A DNA stretch of 64,000 nucleotides, from assembly GCA_964016885.1 (NCBI GenBank), contig OZ024752.1:20274001-20338000 (forward strand). Direction: 5' to 3'. Positions 53,601-64,000 of the stretch are shown here, piece by piece (position 1 is the first letter of the stretch; each line of letters opens with the position of its first letter). Source of the DNA: Eledone cirrhosa. Its lineage: Eukaryota. The position numbers and the translations under genes are program-made. Below the pieces are notes generated by a model, which saw nothing but the letters and a program-made list of their open reading frames with translations, ran no database searches and had not been told where the DNA came from.

Positions 53601-55373
53601 ACAAAAGTGCCCAGTCCACAGTGTAAAGTGGTCATTTTGGACCCATGACAAAAGTGCCCAGTCCACAGTGTAAAGTGGTCATTTTGGACCCATGACAAAA
53701 GTGCCCAGTCCACAGTGTAAAGTGGTCATTTTGGACCCATGACAAAAGCACCCAGTCCACACTGTAAAGTGGTCATTTTGGACCCATGACAAAAGTGCCC
53801 AGTCCACACTGTAAAGTGGTCATTTTGGACCCATGACAAAAGTGCCCAGTCCACACTGTAAAGTGGTCATTTTGGACCCATGACAAAAGTGCCCAGTCCA
53901 CACTGTAAAGTGGTCATTTTGGACCCATGACAAAAGTGCCCAGTCCACAGTGTAAAGTGGTCATTTTGGACCCATGACAAAAGCACCCAGTCCACAGTGT
54001 AAAGTGGTCATTTTGGACCCATGACAAAAGTGCCCAGTCCACACTGTAAAGTGGTCATTTTGGACCCATGACAAAAGCACCCAGTCCACACTGTAAAGTG
54101 GTCATTTTGGACCCATGACAAAAGTGCCCAGTCCACACTGTAAAGTGGTCATTTTGGACCCATGACAAAAGTGCCCAGTCCACACTGTAAAGTGGTCATT
54201 TTGGACCCATGACAAAAGTGCCCAGTCCACAGTGTAAAGTGGTCATTTTGGACCCATGACAAAAGCACCCAGTCCACAGTGTAAAGTGGTCATTTTGGAC
54301 CCATGACAAAAGCACCCAGTCCACACTGTAAAGTGGTCATTTTGGACCCATGACAAAAGTGCCCAGTCCACACTGTAAAGTGGTCATTTTGGACCCATGA
54401 CAAAAGTGCCCAGTCCACACTGTAAAGTGGTCATTTTGGACCCATGACAAAAGTGCCCAGTCACACACTGTAAAGTGGTCATTTTGGACCCATGACAAAA
54501 GTGCCCAGTCCACAGTGTAAAGTGGTCATTTTGGACCCATGACAAAAGCACCCAGTCCACAGTGTAAAGTGGTCATTTTGGACCCATGACAAAAGCACCC
54601 AGTCCACACTGTAAAGTGGTCATTTTGGACCCATGACAAAAGTGCCCAGTCCACACTGTAAAGTGGTCATTTTGGACCCATGACAAAAGTGCCCAGTCCA
54701 CACTGTAAAGTGGTCATTTTGGACCCATGACAAAAGTGCCCAGTCCACAGTGTAAAGTGGTCATTTTGGACCCATGACAAAAGCACCCAGTCCACACTGT
54801 AAAGTGGTCATTTTGGACCCATGACAAAAGTGCTCAGTCCACACTGTAAAGTGGTCATTTTGGACCCATGACAAAAGTGCCCAGTCCACACTGTAAAGTG
54901 GTCATTTTGGACCCATGACAAAAGTGCCCAGTCCACACTGTAAAGTGGTCATTTTGGACCCATGACAAAAGTGCCCAGTCCACACTGTAAAGTGGTCATT
55001 TTGGACCCATGACAAAAGTGCCCAGTCCACAGTGTAAAGTGGTCATTTTGGACCCATGACAAAAGTGCCCAGTCCACAGTGTAAAGTGGTCATTTTGGAC
55101 CCATGACAAAAGTGCCCAGTCCACAGTGTAAAGTGGTCATTTTGGACCCATGACAAAAGTGCCCAGTCCACACTGTAAAGTGGTCATTTTGGACCCATGA
55201 CAAAAGTGCCCAGTCCACAGTGTAAAGTGGTCATTTTGGACCCATGACAAAAGTGCCCAGTCCACAGTGTAAAGTGGTCATTTTGGACCCATGACAAAAG
55301 TGCCCAGTCCACAGTGTAAAGTGGTAATTTTGGACCCATGACAAAAGTGCCCAGTCCACACTGTAAAGTGGTC
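50601..55373. repeat. 47-bp satellite (~101 units)
   Basis: Unit acaaaag(tg/ca)cccagtccaca(c/g)tgtaaagtggtcattttggacccatg. Degenerate precursor units at 50460-50600. Confidence 0.98.
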
Positions 55374-55761
55374 GTGTTAGTGTCACAAAAAAAGTCATAA
55401 CCCTACATCCATAGCTCATTTTTTCTTCTTATATATATATACTCTGCTTGTGCATCAAGTGCTGATATTAGTACCACCACCAGTAATTCCCTGAATTACC
55501 TATACCATACATATATATAGTAATAATAAATAAGGATTCAGAAGATCCCATGTAGGGTGAAAGCAGAAATTATTTGCTTAATAACACACTAATAACACAC
55601 ACACACAATATATCAAAGAAGTAGAGAGTCTTGTATAAAAAAAAAACAAAAAAAAAAACAGTGATAGTAAATCCAGAAATGACAACAAAGGACTGAAGAT
55701 AAAACTGTTTATAAAGAAACAGCAACAATTTACTTTTAAGACAGTGCGAATGAGTGCTTAC

Positions 55762-55809
55762 CTATTTTGGCTTCAGCAAATGGTTGGCTTAACCCAAACA
55801 GTAAGACAA
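55762..55809 (-). CDS. Probable host gene exon: second half of a signal peptide
   Basis: tttatttctatttcag| 48 nt |gtaagc. Only phase 1 is open: xVLLFGLSQPFAEAKI (hydrophobic core, A-x-A site). Joins in frame to the CUB exon at 15538. No start codon, so exon 1 lies further right. Confidence 0.7.
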
Positions 55810-55928
55810 CTGAAATAGAAATAAATTACATTTAATTATTCACAATATTTCAATAGTTTCTTAATTACTTTCTGCACCAACATTACTGTATATACATTTA
55901 TATATCTACTGTGTTTATATAAATATAA

Positions 55929-55986
<58 letters not shown>

Positions 55987-56129
55987 ATTAAAATACTGGA
56001 GCGTGTTGGAGTTAAACACCCTCTTCGTATTATAGAAATGACAGTAAAAGGTATAGCTCAATGTAATTAAACAGAGCCGAAGAATTATGAAAATAAAACA
56101 AAGAAGCCTTCAATACATCAAAAGTCTTT

Positions 56130-56174
56130 ATTAGCCAACAATGTTTCGTCCTATTAAGGACTCATCAGGGCAAT
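56130..56174 (-). ncRNA. Minimal type I hammerhead ribozyme (3' pLTR)
   Basis: attgcc CTGATGA gtcc ttaata ggac GAAA c att GTT ggctaat. Confidence 0.88.
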
Positions 56175-56420
56175 CAAAACCACAAGAAGCACTATCGGCC
56201 AATACAAGCCAAAAACTCCGAAGAATATGGAGTGTACATACACTAAAGTATTGGAAGATTATGGGTAAAAATATATAATAAAAATCACTAAGGAGGTGGA
56301 TAACATTTTGAACCATATTACAAATATAGTCCAAAGCAAAAAAAACTAGAGCTAAACAAAGGTGGTTATATAGAGCGGGAATTATAGTACTAGATGTAAT
56401 ATAATATAATATAATATACT

Positions 56421-58940
56421 TGTAGTGACCTACATTCCGCGGGCTCACATACATTCTCTGTGCGTGATTTGGCTCAGTTCAGCCAATCAGCGCCAGTAGA
56501 AGAGGATGTATCCCTACGCGCCCTGAGGAAGAAATTCCCCGCGAAGATTTGAAGAATCTCTCTCTTGTACCGGAAACTTCAAGCCAGCAACACGCATAAT
56601 GTAACGGTGAGATTTGCACCCTAGCCTCGCCGGCTTAACGGCACATTCCCTTTTGTAACCTCTTTGTATCTGTAACTTCAACCATATAAATAAACAAACA
56701 TTTCATCTCTAATTACTGCTGTTGAAATCGTTGTTATGTTACTCGTGTCTCAATGAAATCTATAATCCATGCTGCTGGAATTGGCGACCTGACGAAAGGA
56801 ATATTGTAAATAGATGGTAAATAGATCGAGGGACCTTCCCTCACGTCTATGTCAACAAGATAACCCAACGAGGATGCTATCACTTACCACACTGGCAACT
56901 AACGACCTTCAATCATCTACCCTGTTAAAGTGGCGACTACTCTATAACCAATAACTGCTAAAGTGGTGACCGACGTAAGAATTTTACGCACCCCTTCTTT
57001 TTCATTCAGTTGAACTTTTATTGCCACGTTTCCAACCTTTTCGCAACTTGCGAAAATAAAAAATATTCCTTTTAAGATTTTTGAAAAATTAGCAGTATTT
57101 CAAAAACTTTTCGCCACGAAGAAATTTCAAAATGGCTACCGACAAGTCCTGTCTTCGATCAACAAAGACAGCAGCAGCAGCGACAACATTGTTTAGCCAC
57201 TGACCAAAACAGGGAACAGTGAGTGGCAGCTTCATAGCCTTACCGATGCAAACCACCACACATCGGAAATTTCAAAACGGCTTGTAACTTTATCGACGCA
57301 ACCACCATACCTTCTGTCTCGTTACCACAGGGACTCGAGAATACATCTAATCCCTAACGGCATTAACAAACTTCTTTTTCAGTTTTCAGATAGAACTAGT
57401 GTCTGTACACTGGTGATGTGTGAACTATTTGACTTTGAAAAACTTTGAACTTATTGAGCAATTTCTCTGCTCCCTTAGATTGACTTTGAATTATCAGTTT
57501 GTTACATTCACATATTTCTTTGTAGAATGCATTTGCTTGTTTTGTGCTCTTTTGCTATTTGTTTGCTCATGGTTTTTGTTCATTCACATTCTTTGCTGTT
57601 TTACATGCCTGCATATGCACACATTTTTTTTATCACACACCAACATGTTGTTCTTGGTATATGTTCTTCAAACGTAATATTCTGCGAGTCCCTTTTCACC
57701 TGGTTGAGATGCTGTCACATGCTAGCAGCTCACAGAGCTTAATCCACTGGGTTCAAACAGGCACCGCAACACGAGAATTCTAATTGCAGCTGAACTCAAA
57801 CAGCTTCGCATCTCGTTGCACACTGATCGTCCATGATGGCCATCCGTCTTGTTGTTTTTGCCCGACTCGCTGGGAAGGCAACAAATTGAACTGGACTTGT
57901 CAATATTTCAGCCACTTCTGTAGATTCGCCCGAATTATGGAATTTACACTGCAACCCACCTACAGATTAAACTTGCCTTTTTTTCTTTACAAAGCAACCA
58001 GCCATTTTTTCCTGGCTCCACAGCACATTCGACAATACATCTGGGGGCCATTCTCGCCAGCACTGGTAAACTACCATAATAGCTTCGTTCACAGCTACTG
58101 GTACAACGCTTACCATTAACATTTAATGCAAGAACAGCAACTTCGCCCATGTCAGACTTTATCTGTTTTCTGGTAGGCCCTTGAGGGTCTCGTTTAAACT
58201 ACAAAACAGCTAGTCATTTGACAGCGGCTCAACACGGCCCGTCGCGCCTAATTTATTTTTTGTTCTTGCATGAATCTTTCTGCTCAATTATTTTTTCACT
58301 GATGTGCTCTTTCAGCATTTGTTCTTGCTGATTCAATAATATGTGAGTCCTTGGTTTCTTCGTTATCGATTTTCGGCTGAAAATCTGGTTGGAGGTGATG
58401 TAGTGACCTACATTCCGCGGGCTCACATACATTCTCTGTGCGTGATTTGGCTCAGTTCAGCCAATCAGCACCAGTAGAAGAGGATGTATCCCTACGCGCC
58501 CTGAGGAAGAAATTCCCCGCGAAGATTTGAAGAATCTCTCTCTTGTACCGGAAACTTCAAGCCAGCAACACGCATAATGTAACGGTGAGATTTGCACCCT
58601 AGCCTCGCCGGCTTAACGGCACATTCCCTTTTGTAACCTCTTTGTATCTGTAACTTCAACCATATAAATAAACAAACATTTCATCTCTAATTACTGCTGT
58701 TGAAATCGTTGTTATGTTACTCGTGTCTCAATGAAATCTATAATCCATGCTGCTGGAATTGGCGACCTGACGAAAGGAATATTGTAAATAGATGGTAAAT
58801 AGATCGAGGGACCTTCCCTCACGTCTATGTTAACAAGATAACCCAACGAGGATACTATCACTTACCACACTGGCAACTAACGACCTTCAATCATCTACCC
58901 TGTTAAAGTGGCGACTACTCTATAACCAATAACTGCTAAA
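56421..58940 (+). mobile_element. Non-autonomous LTR retrotransposon (Ty3/gypsy, CsRn1-like) nested in the PLE 3'UTR
   Basis: 542-bp LTRs (56421-56962 and 58399-58940; 3 mismatches seen), 4-bp TSD TACT, PBS TGGTGACCGACGT resembling tRNA-Trp, purine-rich tract ggttggaggtga before the 3' LTR, 1436-bp interior without gag/pol. Confidence 0.92.
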
Positions 58941-60399
58941 TACTTGTAACAATATTAAAATTAAAATTAAAATTAAAAGCACAATATACATAAGTATATA
59001 TATACGCACACGTACGCACATATACATATACATCAATACACATTTCCACCATTAACAGCACAAATTAAACCTTATTAAGAGTTTAAATACAAATAAGCAT
59101 AATAGGAATAAAAATAAAAATAATACGTATATCTAATATATAGTATAACATGAAGTAATGAAATGATTAAAAGTAACACATAATATATAATAAACTATAT
59201 AATTATATAATATATAATATAATATAATAGATAGTCTCCGGTTAATTTACACAAACAATATAGATGTCACAATAACACTATAATAATAATATATAATATA
59301 TAATGGCATGTAAGTTAACAAATCAATTCATATAGAGTTACAGAGTAGGTGAGAAAAAAAATATAAATTGTACAATACCCAAAATTATGATGGTACAAAA
59401 ATATAAACATCTTACATGATATATCAAATTTAACATATCATAATGGTACATAAAAATCATCGGTAAGTAATAAGGATCAATAGTACATTTACAAAGAGTT
59501 GAATAACAACTTCAATATAAAATAATGAACATAATATAATATATAATTACTTATAATTACAAGGTTGGTAAACAGACACATATGTGAATGAGTGAATAAG
59601 GGCCAGACAGAAAATATTATGCACAGTAGTATTAATAAATAAATAAATAAAATCAACCGGAAATCAAAAAACAAAAACAAAAGTATTTACTTAGGTCTCA
59701 CATGCAGTTAAGTAAAAACTTAGGAAACAACCCGGATAAATGAGTAGAAAACCCTATTTGATAAATTAATATTGAAAATATTTAAAATACCTAATAAGGC
59801 AATACAATATTAACTATGGTTTAAGTAATCAAAATCACTAAACATTAATATTTCACTATAAAAACATATAGAAAGGGATGAAATATTCTACTATCATTTA
59901 CATAACGATATCTAAAAAACTGACTTAAGCAGAATTATGGTAGGCTAATAGGGACAGAAAAAAAGAAATGTATGGAGGATACAAAGGAGCATAAAATCAT
60001 AATCAATATACTGTATTATATAATAGAAAGGAGCATAAAAAAGGGGGGGATTAAATATAATCATAATATATTTGAAGGGGTTAGCAATAAGTTTATGTGT
60101 GCATGGGGGGGGGGGGGGGGGGTATCCAAAGAAGAATCCAAATAAAATAAAATAAAATGAAATAAAATAATATAAAATATATAATCAGATATATACTCAT
60201 AAGGTGTTAATAGTGAAAATTTAATGTGTAAGAAGATAGATATGGTATAGTAGCCAAAAGATTATGAGAGCTAGAATAAATGGTTGTCAAAAACCAATGA
60301 TAATAATGATGATAATAATGGTGGTAAACAAAAAGAACCTAAACTAAAAAAATAAGTAATGGAATATATCAGCTAATGGATTCAATTTACACTACTAGA

Positions 60400-62718
60400 A
60401 CCTTTAGGTTTATAATAAAAGTAAGAATTAGAAATAGTGTGGGGGCAAGAAGAGAATATCTCAGACTTTCTATTAAGTAAGGATTCACTAGAGAAAATTA
60501 TAGAGTGTGTCTCGAGGATACAAAGCATAAACGATGTTCTTAGAGTGGCAGTTACCGTTTAAAGGGCAGTTAGCACTCACTCTAGAGTTACACTTCCGGG
60601 TGCTATTGATTGGCTGAAGTAGTGATGCATTACACGTAGGATTACTATTAGATAAGGTCTGCTCTGGTGGTAAGGCATTTGCAGATCTGTTCAGACTAGT
60701 AGTATGTAGAGAGGAGTATCCATCCCTAATTTTCCTATTGTTAGTGCTAGCTAAATGAGAACTAATATTAGGGGTGGTAGAGAATGAAAGTTTAATAACA
60801 TTTTTATTAAAAATACTATGGTATTTATAAGAAGGGGGAAATTTTTCTCTAAGATAGAAAAGAAAGACCTAGGGATATAAGTTAATACTTCCTGATTAAA
60901 TGGCGGGTTAAAATAAGTATTTAGTCTCCTTCTATTTTTATCCTTTCCGACTCTACCATTATCCAATATCCCATTATTAAGACTAGGGTTACTACAAGGA
61001 TTAGTTAAAACCGCATTATTAGAATCAGCCGAAATTCCATTAAGTCTCTTTCTGTTTCTACCTCTAGTAGATCTGCTGCTGTCTGGAATCCTATCAAAAG
61101 GATTAGGGCCAATAATAGGATCAGTAGAAACAACATTATTAGAATTAGATCTAGCAAAAGCATCACCAATGAGTGAGCGCTCAGAGGGTTCGACTTGATT
61201 CCTAGAGGTATTATATTCCCTATTACGAATCCGGTGGGTTAACTTATGGATGGGTTCAGATACACCTATGTAATTTCTACGATTATTATGCTTCCTACTC
61301 CCATTCATGGCCATGTTATGGGATATTATGTTATTATTATTATAAGTAAGCGGAGACTTTCTAAGGTTACTATTATTATAATGTATTTTACTAGAGTAAC
61401 CGGAATTAGCTAGGGTATTATTATAGTACTCCGCATGTTCATTAAATGTTCCTACGTCCTTAGAGAGTGGAAATCCTATTAGATACACCCTTAATTATAG
61501 AGCTTATCATAGATTTGGGGTGGCTAGAATTGGGACTAACATAAGAAAGTATTTCATTAGGCTTATGGAAGGGTTTAAAACTATTAGTGACCAAGTCCAA
61601 AGTCACATCTAAAAAGTTGACCGCTCTATCGTTTCTATCTATCGTGATCGAAAGGTTATAGCTTTTAAAAAACTTATAAAGCTTCTTCTTATTATGCTCG
61701 ACATTGTTGGTGTTAGAGTTAATCACAAACAATGCATCATCACGATATAGTCCGCCTTTAAGGTGCGGAAAGGTAACATATAGTTCATTTAGGAGGAACA
61801 ACCCAACAAGATCAGTTACCTGGGCCGAATCACTCGAACCCATTGTAACGTCGAAATTGTTGGGCGTGTTTTTACGGGTCCAAAATGTGTCCTCAAAATT
61901 AATGATAGTTCTACGCGCTGCTAGTATAATATCTACCTGTGATCGTGTAAGGCTGGACACTCTCATGGTCAACATTAAGGCTTTATTGAGGAGGATGGGT
62001 GAAATCGATGTGTAGTAGGCATCAATATCGAACTGGATAAACTTATTAGATTCAAGTTTATTAATCCCAGAGAACCAATCTATAACTTCCTTAGTGTTCC
62101 CCCATAGGTTAAAATTAACTTTATCCCTAACATCTGGTATAATAAGGTCAAGGATTTTTTTACTGATTACGGCTATATCGGACTTAGAAGGACAGATGAG
62201 TCTAACAGAGGGGTTACTAATGAAGTCTACCTTATGATCCTTAAGAGTGAATCTCGGTTCTCTAGGGTAATATGGCTGGGTATACTTATCAAGGCCGAGG
62301 TCCGAGACTATTTTAAGACCCTCACTATTGATATGGTTCAAATTATCTAGCGTAGTCTTTTTATAATTTCTATGCAGCTCCTTATAAATAAAGTCACGGT
62401 AAGCACTGTAATCCATAGAGTATAGATTCTTAGTCTTATCCGCCGGGACAAGAATAGACTTATTCGCACTAAAACCCTTAACAATATTTTTAAGTCTAGA
62501 CTGGAACTTATCAAATTTATTATAATTTCTATGTCTATTATTTGGCCTATACTTAATATTTTTGACAAGAGAGAGTAAGTCACTTTCAAAATTATCTAAT
62601 AGAACATTATGTGGTGGGCTCTTATAAGTTTTGAAGCCATAGTTATTAAAATGAGTTCTATTCCTGGGGTCCTTCCTATTCCTATTAATATCATAGTGGA
62701 AAGCACGCCATCTAATCC
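60400..62718 (-). pseudogene. PLE reverse transcriptase / GIY-YIG ORF, frameshifted
   Basis: ADKT, TLKDHK..F..NP.VRLI.P.KS, FIQFDI..YY.SI, FDVTMGS.D, GLYRDD, VNFLDV, FNPPF, CNS...NCPLNGNC...NIVY, LLNRKSE..S.CPH. Frameshifts near 61465, 60835 and 60710. Confidence 0.9.
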
Positions 62719-62888
62719 TTTTTTTGCTTTGGACTATATTTGTAATATGGTTCAAAATGTTATCCACCTCCTTAGTGATTTTTATTATATATTTTTACCC
62801 ATAATCTTCCAATACTTTAGTGTATGTACACTCCATATTCTTCGGAGTTTTTGGCTTGTATTGGCCGATAGTGCTTCTTGTGGTTTTG

Positions 62889-62933
62889 ATTGCCCTGATG
62901 AGTCCTTAATAGGACGAAACATTGTTGGCTAAT
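62889..62933 (+). ncRNA. Minimal type I hammerhead ribozyme (inverted pLTR)
   Basis: CTGATGA 62895-62901, stem II gtcc/ggac, GAAA, c att GTT. Identical to 56130-56174. Confidence 0.88.
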
Positions 62934-62974
62934 AAAGACTTTTGATGTATTGAAGGCTTCTTTGTTTTATTTTC

Positions 62975-63023
<49 letters not shown>

Positions 63024-63029
63024 GTAAAA

Positions 63030-63222
63030 GGTAAACAGAAATAACAACACAATCGGTACAGTATATGGAAGGGATATATTAGGTTAACGCTTGAAATAGC
63101 ATTTCGGACACTAGTCCTTCATCAGAAGAAAGAATGAGAAAGAAGATAGATTGAGGGGACCGGTGGGTTGGAATTGGAAAAGATGTCTTGAGATAAAAAT
63201 AACAGGTCCATTCATGTTGACA
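63030..63222 (-). mobile_element. Short PLE pLTR fragment with hammerhead-like motif (63090-63128)
   Basis: ctt CTGATGA a ggac tagt gtcc GAAA tgctat TTC aag. Flanked by (AT)/(ATGT) tracts. Confidence 0.6.
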
Positions 63223-63239
63223 TATATATATATATATAA

Positions 63240-63606
63240 TATTAAGGATACTATTTATAGTTATGTATATACTATACTATATACAACTATAAACAGGTAA
63301 GGTCAGTAATTAATTACTACCTTATTACCAGTAAGATAAATAGCTCAATGTAAGAACATCATTTGTTATACAGAGCAGTAATATAGAATACACAAGAATC
63401 AAAGCTATGTTAGAACATTTAATTGCTGCCAATTGTTTCTTCCAAGCCTAGGCTTGGAGTCTTTGGAGCATTATTAATAATGTTTGTACATATAATCAGC
63501 TTCCTATTCCTCTGAAGAATCATACAGATACATATTGTGGACAACAGTGTGGGATGGATGCGGCATATATTATGTTATACTATAATTGTACAATAAGATT
63601 CAAAAT
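63240..63606 (-). mobile_element. PLE pLTR fragment with mutated hammerhead (~63418-63470) and two-hairpin tail
   Basis: gct CCAAAGA c-tccaagcct aggcttgga-a GAAA caattggc agcaattaaa is colinear with the hammerhead of element 82-2472. (AT)n on both sides. Confidence 0.7.
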
Positions 63607-63620
63607 TATATATATATATT

Positions 63621-63653
<33 letters not shown>

Positions 63654-64000
63654 TATATAAGCTGACACAGAGCTCTCTCCCAGGAACATTGGAAAACTCT
63701 ACAAAATTCTCAAACAAAATATAAAAAAGTAGACCAGTTCAGAGTAGGTTGTACATGGGTACTTGAGATGAAAATGCAGACCATAGAGGGCATCCAGCTA
63801 TAGAAAGCTTACTAAATAAAGGGTTAGGGGAACCCTTCAATTGTGAATAGAGTCACACACCTTAAAATAGCAACTTCTATTATAACTTTTGTCCAATTCT
63901 GCTTCCTCACCATTCTTTAGTTTTCGATTAAAGTCCTCCTCATGGTAAAGCTGGCTAGGTGATAGGGTAGAGGGTATGGGGGATGTGGACATGGTGACAT

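Larger units (their letters stand above)
55982..62978 (-). mobile_element. Penelope-like element (Naiad-like), 5'-truncated with inverted pLTR
   Basis: RT ORF on the minus strand, T-rich 3'UTR, 3' pLTR plus tail (55982-56345), inverted pLTR copy (62719-62978), (AT)n on both flanks. Confidence 0.9.

Noticed and set aside
50601-55373. CRISPR-like appearance of the 47-bp array (also the 32- and 72-bp arrays)
   Set aside because: Head-to-tail repeats with no unique spacers, no cas genes and a eukaryotic context.
56131-56454. Two 107-aa ORFs sharing a C-terminus (with 62609-62932)
   Set aside because: They are the two pLTR copies. The N-terminal ~15 aa of track ORF 61460-62767 also comes from the inverted pLTR.
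56495-56830. Hammerhead in the LTR (retrozyme hypothesis) at ctgagga or ctgacga
   Set aside because: No stem II followed by GAAA and an NUH site could be built.
59000-60600. Selenoprotein/SECIS, as reported for some Naiad PLEs
   Set aside because: No TGA at the visible conserved Cys positions and no convincing SECIS seen by eye.

Overview
AT-rich, repeat-saturated animal genomic DNA. The (AT)n tracts, RTE/CR1 LINEs and tRNA-SINE types suggest an octopus or other coleoid cephalopod (inference). One host gene runs on the minus strand with five splice-consistent coding exons: signal peptide, split CUB, LDLa, LDLa, an LRP3/10/12-like architecture. Its ~40-kb intron holds a ~30-32-bp satellite, an intact full-length CR1-type LINE, a near-intact RTE LINE and a 47-bp satellite. 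Five Penelope-like element (PLE) insertions or fragments sit in (AT)n tracts and carry minimal hammerhead ribozymes. Four otherwise dissimilar PLE tails also share a two-hairpin motif with compensatory changes (GCTC-TGT..ACA-TT-GAGC, N8-9, TACTG, terminal hairpin), the most novel-looking signal here. Other points of note: a perfect -1 frameshift heptamer at the CR1 ORF1/ORF2 junction, two satellites traceable to transposon sub-sequences in this same window, and a young non-coding LTR element nested in a Naiad-like PLE. Nearly all long ORFs in the track are repeat artefacts. All alignments were done by eye.
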